Positions 9,390-19,485 of a stretch of DNA of 64,000 nucleotides are shown here, piece by piece. The notes below the pieces were generated by a model. It saw only the letters and a list, made by a program, of their open reading frames with translations, made no database searches and was not told where the DNA came from. This stretch comes from an uncultured Clostridia bacterium. GTDB lineage: Bacteria; Bacillota; DTU025; MWDF01. Made by a program: the position numbers and the translations under genes. The stretch covers positions 7,247-71,246 of the forward strand of contig CAZNZD010000001.1 of assembly GCA_964577435.1 (NCBI GenBank). Reading direction: 5' to 3'. Positions within the stretch are counted from its first letter, which is position 1. Each line of letters starts with the position of its first letter.

Positions 9390-10988
9390 TTATCTTACCG
9401 GCTCGAAACTGATTCCATCCCATTCGGCGCTCGTCTGCGCATATGAGCCGCTCTCACCCATGATTACAATCTCCGGGCATTCCGCGAAGGCGTTATACCC
9501 GATTCCCTTAACGCTCGGCGGTATGAATATCCTTTTCAGGCTCTTGCAGCCGTTGAAGGTGTTTCTTCCGATGTACTCGACGCTGTCGGGTATGTTGACC
9601 TCTTTTAGGGAAACACATCCCGAAAAAGCCCTGTCGTTAACTTCTTCCACAGTGTCGGGTATGGAGAACGACTTCAAGCTGATGCAATCCATGAACATTC
9701 CACCTCTTATGCTTGAAGTGCGGGCGAAAGCACTTGCCGGGAGCACAATGCTTTCCAGCCTGCTGCAGCCTGCGAACAGCTTCGTGCCGATATAAGCGAT
9801 GCCATCGTGAAGCTCCACCGCAGTAAGTGACGTGCATCCTGAGAACACCCCGTCTTCCAGCTCATCTACGCTGTGCGGCACGGCAATATCGCTAAGGCTC
9901 GTGCAATCCGCGAAAGCAAATGCACCTATCCTAGTAATTCCGGCAGGAAGGACGATTTCTATAAGCGAGGCGCACCCTCTAAATGCATCCGCACCCACAG
10001 TGAATGGAGGCTGGTGGATTTCATAGGATGGAAAGTCATTCGGCGAGAAGCACCCCGTAAAAGGCAAGGCCTCAAGAATGTAGCTACGACTATTCATGGG
10101 ATCTCTGGTTTCATCATTCATATAATCACAATAAGAATCGGAGATGCTGTCAGGGTAGTCGACAATCGAGATCCGCCTTAGTCCGGCACATCCGTTGAAC
10201 GCGCCTTCCCCAATGTAGTTCACCGTCTCAGGAAGTGCGACCTCCTCAAGGCTCCCGCACCTGCGGAATGCTCCATCACCAATGTAGTAGAGGCCACGCG
10301 GGAACACGACCTCACGAAGCTTCCCGCATCCCTGGAATAGACGTTCCGGTACCTTCATCATTGCTTCCGGCAAATAGGCGGATTCGAGGCTGGAACAGCC
10401 TTCGAAGGCAGAATACCCTATTGAAGCCACATCCTTCATAGAGCCCACAGATATCAGGCTGGAGCAATACATGAAAGCTCCGCTTCCGATTATTGCTCCT
10501 TCCTCGGGAAGTACAATTCCCTCTAGGTTTTCGCACTCGTAGAAAGCCGATCTTCCGATTCTCTTCAACCCGTTAGGCAGATTGATCTCTCTTAGCTTCC
10601 TGCAGGCAAGGAAAGCTGCATCTCCAATAGAAACCACTGTCTCGGGTAAAGACACCGTCTCAAGGTTGATGCAGTATTCGAAGGCCGAAGCGGAAATGTA
10701 GGTGACTCCGAAGGGGACCTCTACATGTCTTAAATAGCCGTGGTACTTGAAAGCATCTTCCCGCAATCCCCTGACCCTGATTCCATCAATCTCCCAAGGG
10801 ATGTAGAGCTTCTCGCTTTCTCCGTCGTAACCTAATATCTCCCCGGTAGATGGGTCGAATCGGTATTCCCGCACATTGTATGAAACCTCTCCTACCGGGA
10901 TAGACAGCATCAGGCATAACAGAAGCGATACGGCAAACGATTTCACTGGAACACCTGCTTCCGATAAAGATAGAGGGCTAGTTTGCAA
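9390..10988 (-). CDS. BspA-type leucine-rich-repeat (LRR_5/TpLRR) cell-surface protein
   Basis: Signal peptide followed by many ~23-aa repeats of the form IGxxAFxxCxxLxxIxIPxSVxx (for example IGDGAFRRCGSLEEVALPETVNYIGEGAFNGC). Confidence 0.75.
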   Translation of the reverse strand: MQTSPLSLSEAGVPVKSFAVSLLLCLMLSIPVGEVSYNVREYRFDPSTGEILGYDGESEKLYIPWEIDGIRVRGLREDAFKYHGYLRHVEVPFGVTYISASAFEYCINLETVSLPETVVSIGDAAFLACRKLREINLPNGLKRIGRSAFYECENLEGIVLPEEGAIIGSGAFMYCSSLISVGSMKDVASIGYSAFEGCSSLESAYLPEAMMKVPERLFQGCGKLREVVFPRGLYYIGDGAFRRCGSLEEVALPETVNYIGEGAFNGCAGLRRISIVDYPDSISDSYCDYMNDETRDPMNSRSYILEALPFTGCFSPNDFPSYEIHQPPFTVGADAFRGCASLIEIVLPAGITRIGAFAFADCTSLSDIAVPHSVDELEDGVFSGCTSLTAVELHDGIAYIGTKLFAGCSRLESIVLPASAFARTSSIRGGMFMDCISLKSFSIPDTVEEVNDRAFSGCVSLKEVNIPDSVEYIGRNTFNGCKSLKRIFIPPSVKGIGYNAFAECPEIVIMGESGSYAQTSAEWDGISFEPVR

Positions 10989-11181
10989 GGCTCAAGATAG
11001 GAGTGCAGCCTAACCGCTGCTATTCATTAAACGTCAGCAGACGATGGGCAATTCCAGTGTTTTCCTTATTGAGTGCAAATCTCTAATCCATCGATCATAC
11101 ATAAAAAGGATAAGCGGTAGTTCGTGTGCCCGAGAAAGCCTATAATAGTTACATTTGGCAATGCTAACGGAGGATATCAGT

Positions 11182-11379
11182 ATGAGCCACAAGGATTTCG
11201 TCAAGAGCTTCTTCACCCTGTCCGCACTGTCTTTGGTTGCCTCAGCCGCCGTCAGTTACCTCTACAATCTGCTTATCCATGGAGCTGGTTTCGTGGACTG
11301 GCAGACGTCCTTCCGCTTCTCCATCCTATTCGGGTTAGTTCTGACGTGGATAAGAAACAGTAGGGGGAAGAAGGCCTGA
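11182..11379 (+). CDS. small two-TM membrane protein (hypothetical)
   Basis: GGAGGA sits 7 nt upstream of the ATG. 65 aa with two hydrophobic helices. Confidence 0.3.
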   Translation: MSHKDFVKSFFTLSALSLVASAAVSYLYNLLIHGAGFVDWQTSFRFSILFGLVLTWIRNSRGKKA

Positions 11380-11451
11380 TTTACGTATCCGACAGCGCTG
11401 CTACGACTTATCCTCCAAATGCGGTTCGATATCTTTCGCCTTCTCATCGAC

Positions 11452-12927
11452 CTAGTTGCCCATATCAGGCTTGTCAGCCTCGCCTATGATGCTTCTTGCG
11501 ACATACCAAGAGGTGATCATGGCAGTAGGCACCCCGCCCGGGTTGTGGACATAATGCCCTACGGGATAGAAGCGCTTAATGGGCAGGTCCTCATCGAACT
11601 TGAAGCGTGGAGCCTTCGACGGATCCCAATTCCAGCCCGCAGTGGCACCTTTGCTGTTTCCTGTATACCTCTCGTAGGTAAGCGGTGAGGCGGCCTCCCG
11701 GACCAAGATGCCCGCCCGCAATCCCGGCAGGAACTCCTCGGCGCGAGCGATCAGCTCCTCTGCGGCTTCCCTTTTACGAACCAGGTAAGCCGCCCTGTCG
11801 TCCTTCAACCCCTCCCAGTCCTCATAGGGACTCAGTATGCCGACGAAAAGCGCATGCTTGCCTTCCGGTGCCACCGACGGGTCATCCTTGCTGAGAAGGA
11901 CCAACTGTATGTATTTGCCGTCGGCGCAGGTGAAGAAGACGTGGCTTCCTTGAAACCTCTTCAGGCCCGCAGATAGCCCCGGGTTCCCATCCAAGCCCAG
12001 GAACAGGGAGAATATTGATTCCGACGGCTTGGCTCTCTCAAGCTTCTCTGCCATTGTTCCGGGCAGATTGCCGCGCCCGATCAGATTAAAACATGTCTTC
12101 CTCAGGTCGGCAGCCGAAACCACCCAGTCGGAAGGGATGAAGCCTCCCTCCGAAAGCTCCACACCTTTCGCCCTTCCACCTTCTGTCACGATTCTCCGAA
12201 TCTCCTCCCCAAGGTGGATCTCACCGCCATGCTCTCTCACATAGCGGGCCATCAGGTCTGCAAGCTCCTGCAATCCTCCTTCGGGGACCCAGGCGTCGCC
12301 GTAGTAGGAGGCCCACATACCCAGCGTGTTCTTCCCGGTCATGACCGGATATCCCAGCTGGTTTAGCATCTGCCGTAGAAGCCTATCCTTGAAGAGGCTG
12401 TCGTGAAGGCTGCGGTTTGTGTTGCGTCCTGCGACAAGCGCCGCCCAGGGGAAAAGAGGATGCCTTACGATAAGCTTGAGCATGCTTATAGGCACGCCTT
12501 GCCCGAACATCATGCCGCTTTCCAGCATGTCCCGGAAGGCGCTGCTGCCGATTCCCACCCAGCGGAAGTACCGCCTGAGCGCCTGCTTCTCACCCGGAAA
12601 GTGCCCTGCAAGAAGCCTTTCGGTCTTACTCGGCCCATCTAGTAGGATGTCGTTTGGTCCCCAGCTCATCTGATGCTTAACCGGAATGAACCTCAAACAT
12701 TCCTTAAGGCCCAGCTCCTTGAGTATCGGAAAGATGATGCCGTTCGACCCGAAGGAGGTCGGACCGGCCGGGAAGGTGAAGCCTTCCCTCCTGAATGACG
12801 ACATATATCCTCCGGGCACTTTATGCTTCTCATACACTGCTACGGAGAAGCCTTGCCGGGCAAGATACGCAGCGATGGTAAGCCCCGCCATCCCCCCGCC
12901 GATTACCGCAACTGTCCTATCCTTCAT
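11452..12927 (-). CDS. FAD/NAD(P)-dependent oxidoreductase, phytoene-desaturase (CrtI/CrtN)-like family
   Basis: N-terminal dinucleotide-binding motif VAVIGGGMAGL. 491 aa with family-typical architecture. Confidence 0.8.
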   Translation of the reverse strand: MKDRTVAVIGGGMAGLTIAAYLARQGFSVAVYEKHKVPGGYMSSFRREGFTFPAGPTSFGSNGIIFPILKELGLKECLRFIPVKHQMSWGPNDILLDGPSKTERLLAGHFPGEKQALRRYFRWVGIGSSAFRDMLESGMMFGQGVPISMLKLIVRHPLFPWAALVAGRNTNRSLHDSLFKDRLLRQMLNQLGYPVMTGKNTLGMWASYYGDAWVPEGGLQELADLMARYVREHGGEIHLGEEIRRIVTEGGRAKGVELSEGGFIPSDWVVSAADLRKTCFNLIGRGNLPGTMAEKLERAKPSESIFSLFLGLDGNPGLSAGLKRFQGSHVFFTCADGKYIQLVLLSKDDPSVAPEGKHALFVGILSPYEDWEGLKDDRAAYLVRKREAAEELIARAEEFLPGLRAGILVREAASPLTYERYTGNSKGATAGWNWDPSKAPRFKFDEDLPIKRFYPVGHYVHNPGGVPTAMITSWYVARSIIGEADKPDMGN

Positions 12928-13816
12928 GGGCTTGAACCTCCTGGTTAACTACCTGCCTTCTAGCAAGGAGGATGGCTCCCAATATTACCAAGGCGATACC
13001 CGCTAGTGCTAATGCTGTAGATATGGCAGATTCCGGGCGAAGCAAGAATACGAGAAAGTATGCGGCAATTGGCAACACCTGCGAGGGGAAGTACTGGATC
13101 GGAACCAGCCTTGACACGTTCCCGCAGCTGAGCGCATGCTGTGTCTCCGAAATGCCCAGGATGCTACCGGCAAGCACAATGCCTGTCGCTGTCGCGGCAT
13201 AAAGAAGGTCGGCTGCCGAAAACCTTCCCGAGCTCCACCTGGCCGGCAGGGCCATAAGTATCCCCAGCCAGAGATTCGATTGGGAGAACAGCAATCCTGC
13301 GTTCAGGATCCTGAGAATGCCCCTCATGCGCCTATTTGCCTTCTGCAATGCATGGCAAGCCGATGAAAGCGCGGCTACAGATGCGGTGAAGAGGCCCAGG
13401 CGCAGAATGAAGGCAGTATCGTACAAGTCGATCGACCGGACATCTATCGACATGCGGCTTAGGCCGAAGGACGTGACAGCTGCCATTACAAGGGCTATGC
13501 CGGCTACTTCTCCCGCATTCAGCTTCTCTCCTGCGAGCCTGGCCGCACCTATAGCGAGAGGTATCAGGCCGATGGCCATAAGCCCGGGGAGCATGGCCGG
13601 ACCGATCATTGCCTGAGCCAGCACATTAAGCGGCACCCCGACGAGAAACTGAAGTGCGAACCCGGCAAGCCACAATGGATTGCGGATAACACGGCGCATA
13701 AGGCTCCCATCATGCGGCATCTTCATGATCGCCAGCTTCTGGACCAGTACGCCTATGTTGAAAGCCGTCCCCGCCGCCAAGGCGGCCGCCACTCCCGCCC
13801 AATAGGAACCGAGCAT
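12917..13816 (-). CDS. polytopic membrane transporter, DMT superfamily (EamA/NIPA-like)
   Basis: Start MLGSYWAG has GGGAGGG 5 nt upstream. About 10 TM helices with internal two-fold repeat character. Overlaps the downstream oxidoreductase start, implying one operon. Confidence 0.55.
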   Translation of the reverse strand: MLGSYWAGVAAALAAGTAFNIGVLVQKLAIMKMPHDGSLMRRVIRNPLWLAGFALQFLVGVPLNVLAQAMIGPAMLPGLMAIGLIPLAIGAARLAGEKLNAGEVAGIALVMAAVTSFGLSRMSIDVRSIDLYDTAFILRLGLFTASVAALSSACHALQKANRRMRGILRILNAGLLFSQSNLWLGILMALPARWSSGRFSAADLLYAATATGIVLAGSILGISETQHALSCGNVSRLVPIQYFPSQVLPIAAYFLVFLLRPESAISTALALAGIALVILGAILLARRQVVNQEVQAHEG

Positions 13817-13868
13817 CGTAACCCTCCCGCCGGGAAGGCCCAATAAGCGGGCCTTCCCCGATAAGCAC

Positions 13869-14564
13869 CTATACCTGAGCCGTCTCCAGCTTGCTTTCAT
13901 CTATCCCCCGCTTTAGAAGCCAGCCGAGGAAGGCGAACTCCGCGAACATGCCGGGGATTAGAAGGAACGCCTCCACGGACCCGCCGAAGCCCAGGAAGTG
14001 AGCCGCTACGGAAAGCAGCCCGCAGGCCGCCTCCACAATGAACAGCACGCCGTATCCTTTGGGGATGAACTTCGAGCGCCAGATCAGAAGCCCGAGCGGC
14101 AGCACCCAGAGCGCGAAGAAAGACTGCCCTATCATATATCCATGATTGTAGGCGTCGAAGCTGGACATGGCCAGCGCCTGCAGCTGAGCTTCGGAGAACG
14201 CCCCCATGTATGAGCCGGAGGTCAGTATCGTAAGCGGGGCGAGCTCGTTTAGCACATTCGACAGCAGAAGCACGGAGCCTGCCGCGGCGAAAAGGACCAT
14301 CATCTGAGCCAGGTTCTTGTTCACTGAGACCAGAAGCCTGTACAGCGCAATCGCAGTGAACAGGTAGCAGAGGGACATGAGTATGTCGCTAAGGATTCCG
14401 AAGCGGTACAGAAGCCCGTTTGCCAGGATGTTGCCCGCGGTAACCGCGGCGTCGCCCGGTATGAAGATGCCCTGACGGAAGAATAACTCCGCGAAAAGTC
14501 CGAATGCGGCCATGAGCAGGAAAAATATTCCGGCAAGCCTTGCAATTCCCTTAGTAGGATTCAT
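13869..14564 (-). CDS. DUF4386-like integral membrane protein
   Basis: 231 aa multi-TM protein. It is a paralog of the 15142-15876 product, with similar length, hydropathy and shared motifs. Confidence 0.55.
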   Translation of the reverse strand: MNPTKGIARLAGIFFLLMAAFGLFAELFFRQGIFIPGDAAVTAGNILANGLLYRFGILSDILMSLCYLFTAIALYRLLVSVNKNLAQMMVLFAAAGSVLLLSNVLNELAPLTILTSGSYMGAFSEAQLQALAMSSFDAYNHGYMIGQSFFALWVLPLGLLIWRSKFIPKGYGVLFIVEAACGLLSVAAHFLGFGGSVEAFLLIPGMFAEFAFLGWLLKRGIDESKLETAQV

Positions 14565-14992
14565 CTCATTGCCCTTCTTTCATAGGTTGTTACAACGGTT
14601 TCGGGCTTCGGGCCCTTCCAGGTCCAGGCAGCCCAGATCATATAAACCATGGCAGCGACCTCTGCCGTGGCGAAGAACAGGTAGTGAAGGTCCAGCGACC
14701 CGCCAGCGACGACGAATGCTATGGTTATCACGGATGCGGCTATGTTCGCAAGCCTGTTTGCCCTGTGGCCAAGCACCCTTGACAGTATTATCATTGCTAT
14801 CGGGATTTCGATTACGACCGCGAATGCCAGCATCATCTCCTGGCTCACATGCACCTGCGCCTTCTGCGCGCCGGCTTGAAGCATGAAGGAGAAGATGTCA
14901 GCAGCCAGTATGTTGACCATCACGAATACCCATAGGGTCGAAAGGCGCGCTTTCATCTCTTGAAGTCCGGTCTGGGGCTTGAAGGTTCTCAT
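14561..14992 (-). CDS. small integral membrane protein (hypothetical, 4 TM)
   Basis: 143 aa. Overlaps the downstream gene by ATGA. Confidence 0.5.
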   Translation of the reverse strand: MRTFKPQTGLQEMKARLSTLWVFVMVNILAADIFSFMLQAGAQKAQVHVSQEMMLAFAVVIEIPIAMIILSRVLGHRANRLANIAASVITIAFVVAGGSLDLHYLFFATAEVAAMVYMIWAAWTWKGPKPETVVTTYERRAMR

Positions 14993-15141
14993 TCTCGTAT
15001 CTCCTTTTCGTTGCCCGGGGCAGCCCCCCCGATGAGGCCGGACTGCTCCGGATTATCTTAGAAATCGCCTTTTGGGTCGCACTTCATCAAGGCATGGTGA
15101 TTCCCATGTCATCTGCGCCTGGTTTTCCGTTGTCAGGGGGG

Positions 15142-15876
15142 TTAGATTACGGAGGCCTGTACTGTGATGCCCGCCTGCTTGTTGAACCCCTTTGCGATGA
15201 GCCATACGGCAAGGACCATCTCCTGCAGCAGCATCGGCATCGTCATAAGGCATTCAGCGTCGGATCCGCTTCCGATTGCACCGAACAGGACCAGCATCCC
15301 CGACAGGAAGTAGGAGACGGCCGAGACAAGGCCCCAAACCGAGATCCACCTGGGTACGAGCCTTGCGCGATACAGCACCGAGTAGAGCATGACAGCCCCG
15401 ATGATGAAGAAGAGCATCGTTATGGCGCTTCCCGCCCTGGGGTCCGTAAGCGCCTTGCTCACAGCGCTCAGCACCGCGGCATCTGCGCCGACTTGGCCGG
15501 CGGCCCTGCCCAGCGCCACGGAGATGAGCCAGCAGAACGCCGTTATCATGTAAGTTGCAGTCTCAAGAGCGCCTCTGAATACCACGTAACCGGTCGCCAC
15601 AGCCGGGTTGTGCTTCCTGAGCACGGGATAGAGACAGACAGACATCATCGCAAGCGCTATTCCCATCGTCAGTATGAGAAGCGCACCGATTATCACGGGA
15701 GCCGGGTTGCCTACCACGTTGCCAAGATAGTTCGGATCGTCCAGGATGAGCTTTGCGACAACCGAGCAGCAGCCTGCCACAGTGCCGATGATGTAAAGCG
15801 TTCCTACCTTAGCTGCTGTACGGCGCAGCTGTTTCGCCTCTGTCATCTCCGCCTTGGTCGCCATTAACTCATTCAT
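15142..15876 (-). CDS. DUF4386-like integral membrane protein (paralog of 13869-14564)
   Basis: 244 aa multi-TM protein. The antisense 257-aa ORF on the plus strand is Arg/His-rich junk. Confidence 0.55.
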   Translation of the reverse strand: MNELMATKAEMTEAKQLRRTAAKVGTLYIIGTVAGCCSVVAKLILDDPNYLGNVVGNPAPVIIGALLILTMGIALAMMSVCLYPVLRKHNPAVATGYVVFRGALETATYMITAFCWLISVALGRAAGQVGADAAVLSAVSKALTDPRAGSAITMLFFIIGAVMLYSVLYRARLVPRWISVWGLVSAVSYFLSGMLVLFGAIGSGSDAECLMTMPMLLQEMVLAVWLIAKGFNKQAGITVQASVI

Positions 15877-16102
15877 TTACGTTCCCTTCTTTCTGATAGC
15901 TGAATACTTCCCCTATGGCCACGCCGAACGCATCGGCGATCTTGAAAGCCAACTCCAGCGAAGGTGAGTACTTGCCCGCCTCAATGGAGATTATGGTCTG
16001 CCTGGATACCCCAGTCCTCTCAGCAAGCTCCTGCTGCGTCATCTCGTTGGCGAAGAAGCGCAGCCTTCTGATGTTGTTCTTGACCTCGAAACCCTTGCTC
16101 AT
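15869..16102 (-). CDS. XRE-family helix-turn-helix transcriptional regulator
   Basis: HTH_3 signature [37 protein letters not shown]. Start MSKGFEV with GAGAGGAG RBS. Confidence 0.75.
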   Translation of the reverse strand: MSKGFEVKNNIRRLRFFANEMTQQELAERTGVSRQTIISIEAGKYSPSLELAFKIADAFGVAIGEVFSYQKEGNVNE

Positions 16103-16152
16103 ACCAAGCACTCCTCTCATGATGGCTTCTGGCTATCGGTGGACAGGTCAGC

Positions 16153-16650
16153 TCAGATGCCCTTCATGTAGTAGTAGATATGGGCGACGCCCTCGATCAT
16201 CGCGCCTATAGCAAAGGAGCCGAAAAGGATGTTGAGCATCACCGCGGGCGCCCAGTTAAGCACGAGTGAGCCAAGTGCCGCGACGAAGCCTATGCCCACT
16301 ACGGTGAACCCTATCCTGGTGGACTTAAGCTCGATCATCTTGTCCATCTCGTCTTCGACCATCTCCAGCTCGATCGACTTCTCGACCTTCTTGTCGTCGC
16401 ATGTGCCGGTCTTGATCTGCTCGTTGACCGCCGCCGCTATCGAAAGAAGGATGTGGAAGATGATCTGAATAACTATCATGGCCGCCACTCCAATTCCGAT
16501 GAACAGCAGTATCGTCACCGCCCAGAACCTCATGTCGTCCATCGCAGCTGCTCCCGAGTTCACCTTCCCGAAAGCATAGATGCAATAGAAGGCAAGAAGG
16601 GCTATGCCGGTGAGCAATGACAGTATCGTTCTCTTGATCTTGTATGACAT
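16153..16650 (-). CDS. membrane protein (DUF2975-like, commonly paired with small XRE regulators)
   Basis: 165 aa, 4 TM helices, immediately upstream of the XRE gene in the same operon. Confidence 0.5.
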   Translation of the reverse strand: MSYKIKRTILSLLTGIALLAFYCIYAFGKVNSGAAAMDDMRFWAVTILLFIGIGVAAMIVIQIIFHILLSIAAAVNEQIKTGTCDDKKVEKSIELEMVEDEMDKMIELKSTRIGFTVVGIGFVAALGSLVLNWAPAVMLNILFGSFAIGAMIEGVAHIYYYMKGI

Positions 16651-16911
16651 TTCAGTACGCCTCCTGTATTAGTAAATTCTACAGTTCTATTTGTAATACT
16701 TACTTATCTTTATGTCAAGTATATTTTACATAGAAACCGAAATTCTGCACTTCTGTGGAATCAACCTGCATTTTGCATGAATTGCTTACATTGGAAAGCA
16801 GCGCATCCAAAACAATCCTCAAGATGATCGACATGTGACATGAAAGAGAATTGCCGGCGGTTCCCCCGCCGGCAGCGCTGTTGGATATTCCGAAGCGCGA
16901 TGCTGTCGCTC

Positions 16912-17601
16912 TTACAGGATGTTTTCTAGCCCCTTCCGATCCAGGATGCGTATCCTCCTCTGCCCCTCAAGCTCTATTAGGCCCTGCTCCTGAAAGCTTG
17001 AAAGCTTCCTCGAAAGGGTCTCCTGGCTCATGCCGATCTGCGAGGCGAGGTCAGACTTCCTCATGCCGAGCACGATTTCGTCGCCTTCGCCCGCAAGCTT
17101 CAGGAGCGCCTGGGCCAGCCTCTGCTCCACCGACAGAAGGTTGATGTCCTCGATTAGCTCCTCCACACTTCCCAGGCGTCTGCTCAGCTCCTCTATTATC
17201 TTCAGCGCGATGGAAGGGCTTTCGAGCATCAGCTTCTTGAGCTTACTGCCATCTATCATGCACATCGTGGTAGCCTCGAGGGCTTCCGCATTGTCGGACA
17301 TGGGAACTGGGTTAAGAAGGGACAGCTCTCCCATGAACGAACCGGGGCCCAGCACCCTGATGACCTGTTCTTTGCCCGATGTGCCGAGCCTGGTTACCTT
17401 CACCCCGCCCTTATGGATCACATAGAGCTTCCCGCCCTCGTCTCCCTCAAGATAGACCATCTCGCCCTTCTGATAGGTCCTGTCAGTGGTGATGGCCGCG
17501 ATCTTCAACATCTCCTCTTCGGTCACGCTGCTGAAGATCGGAACCGACTCTATGCAGTTGGAGCTCTTATGCAAGGAGCAATTTCCGCTCATTCCGGTCA
17601 C
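16912..17601 (-). CDS. Crp/Fnr-family transcriptional regulator
   Basis: cNMP-binding beta-roll (GEMVYLEGDEGGKLYVIHKGGVKV) followed by a C-terminal HTH (RKSDLASQIGMSQETLSRKL). Confidence 0.8.
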   Translation of the reverse strand: MTGMSGNCSLHKSSNCIESVPIFSSVTEEEMLKIAAITTDRTYQKGEMVYLEGDEGGKLYVIHKGGVKVTRLGTSGKEQVIRVLGPGSFMGELSLLNPVPMSDNAEALEATTMCMIDGSKLKKLMLESPSIALKIIEELSRRLGSVEELIEDINLLSVEQRLAQALLKLAGEGDEIVLGMRKSDLASQIGMSQETLSRKLSSFQEQGLIELEGQRRIRILDRKGLENIL

Positions 17602-17603
17602 CT

Positions 17604-19463
17604 CTAATCCTCAAGGGGCTTTCTCCGTCCGTAGCCCAGAAGCCTCACTGCATTGATTATAACAAGCAGGACCGACATCTCGTGAACCAGCATGCCGAAA
17701 GAGAGGTTCACGGTCTTGATAAGCACCCCCGCCAGAAGCAGACCCGCCACCAGCAGGGCGAAGTATATGTTCTGCTTCATGTTGCCGACGGTGGCCCTGG
17801 CGAGCCCTATTGCATATGACAGCTTGCCCAGCTCTGAGGAGATAAGCACGACATCTGCGGTCTCGATGGCGACATCGGTGCCGCCGCCACCCATTGCGAT
17901 GCCAAGGTCTGCTGCAGCAAGAGCGGGCGCATCGTTTATGCCGTCTCCAACCATTGCGACCTTGACGCCCCCTTCTCTCAGCTCCTCGAGCACCCGGACC
18001 TTGTCCTCCGGCATGAGCTCCGCATAGAAGCCGTCAAGGCCAAGCTCGTCGGCGATAGCACTTGCAGACCTTTCGTTGTCGCCAGTGAGCATAACCATCT
18101 TCCTTATGCCCTGAGACCTTAACTTCCCGATAAGTGCCCTTGCCCCGGGCCTAACCGTATCCGATATGGAGAGAACGCCTAGCACGCCGCCTTTATTACC
18201 TACTATTACTGCCGTGCGCCCCTTGCCCTCCTCGGTTGCTATGTAATCCTCCTGACCGCTAAGCGCTACGCCTTCCTCATCGAAGAGCCTTCTGTTGCCT
18301 ATGAGATACCCCTTGCCCTCAAGTTTGAACTTCAAGCCCTGGCCCTTAACGAACTCCGGGTCCTCCGGCTTGTTCGTCACCGTCCCGATGCGAGCCCTCG
18401 CCCCATCAGTTATCGCCCTGGCGAGCGGGTGCTCCGAATAGGCCTCCCCCACCGCCGCTATATGAAGAAGCTCTTCCTCTGTGACCCCATATGCCCTTAT
18501 GCCCACAAGCTTGGGCTTTCCCGCAGTAAGGGTGCCTGTCTTATCGAATGCCACGGTCCGGACCGCGCCTAGCTTCTCCACGGTCTCGCCGCCTTTGACC
18601 AGCACGCCGTTTTTAGCGCCGTTTCCGATGCCGGCAACGATGGATACCGGCGCTGAGATGACGAGCGCCCCCGGGCAGGCGATGACCAGAAGTGTGAGGG
18701 AAAGCCTCAGGTCCCTGGTGATGAGATACATCATCAGCGAGAGGACGATCACAGCGGGGGTATAGTACCTCGAGAACCTTTCCAGGAACTTCTGCGTTTT
18801 CGCCTTCTTGTCCTGGGCCTCCTCGACCATATGCAGGATCCTTGCAAACGTCGTGTCATCGCCGACCCTGTCCGCCCTAATAATCAGATACCCGGATTCT
18901 ACGATGGTCCCGGAGAAGGCCTTATCGCCCGGAGCCCGCTCCACCGGGATGGGCTCCCCTGTTATCGCTGCCTGGTCTATGAATGCCGAACCTTCAGCGA
19001 TGGTGCCGTCGACGGATATCTTCTCGCCGGGCTTCACCACTACCAGGTCGCCCTTCACGACTTCCTCAGGGGCCAATATGAGCTCCGTGTCGCCCCTTCT
19101 CACCCTGGCGGAATCCGGGGCTGTCGCAAGCAGCGCCTTTATGGAAGAGCGGGTCTTCTCTATGGTCAGTGCCTCAAGATAGTCGCCGAAGGTGAATAGG
19201 AAGGTGACTGCGGCTGCCTCCCAGTACTCGCCGATGACAAGGGCCCCCGCGACCGCGATGGTGACAAGGGCGTCTATCCCCACGATGCGGTATCTGATGG
19301 CGCCGAACGCCTTCATGAAGATCGGGGCCCCCGCGACGAAAGTCGACACAAGCATCAACAACACAGTTGCCGGCGCGTACCCTAGGAGCCTCTTCAGGAT
19401 GTAGGAGGCGGCAACAAGCGCCGCTGCCAGCAGTATCCTTCTTCCTTTTGCATTCCTGAGCAT
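17604..19463 (-). CDS. heavy-metal-translocating P1B-type ATPase (no fused N-terminal HMA domain)
   Basis: DKTGTLT phosphorylation motif and the GDGINDAPAL hinge. The TM6 ion motif reads CPG rather than CPC/CPH/SPC. Confidence 0.9.
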   Translation of the reverse strand: MLRNAKGRRILLAAALVAASYILKRLLGYAPATVLLMLVSTFVAGAPIFMKAFGAIRYRIVGIDALVTIAVAGALVIGEYWEAAAVTFLFTFGDYLEALTIEKTRSSIKALLATAPDSARVRRGDTELILAPEEVVKGDLVVVKPGEKISVDGTIAEGSAFIDQAAITGEPIPVERAPGDKAFSGTIVESGYLIIRADRVGDDTTFARILHMVEEAQDKKAKTQKFLERFSRYYTPAVIVLSLMMYLITRDLRLSLTLLVIACPGALVISAPVSIVAGIGNGAKNGVLVKGGETVEKLGAVRTVAFDKTGTLTAGKPKLVGIRAYGVTEEELLHIAAVGEAYSEHPLARAITDGARARIGTVTNKPEDPEFVKGQGLKFKLEGKGYLIGNRRLFDEEGVALSGQEDYIATEEGKGRTAVIVGNKGGVLGVLSISDTVRPGARALIGKLRSQGIRKMVMLTGDNERSASAIADELGLDGFYAELMPEDKVRVLEELREGGVKVAMVGDGINDAPALAAADLGIAMGGGGTDVAIETADVVLISSELGKLSYAIGLARATVGNMKQNIYFALLVAGLLLAGVLIKTVNLSFGMLVHEMSVLLVIINAVRLLGYGRRKPLED

Positions 19464-19485
19464 CCTGAATCCCCCTTCCTTCTAG

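Noticed and set aside
15094-15867. 257-aa plus-strand ORF overlapping the DUF4386-like gene
   Set aside because: Translation is Arg/His/Asp-rich with no hydrophobic or domain character. The opposite strand encodes a coherent polytopic membrane protein in an operon context.
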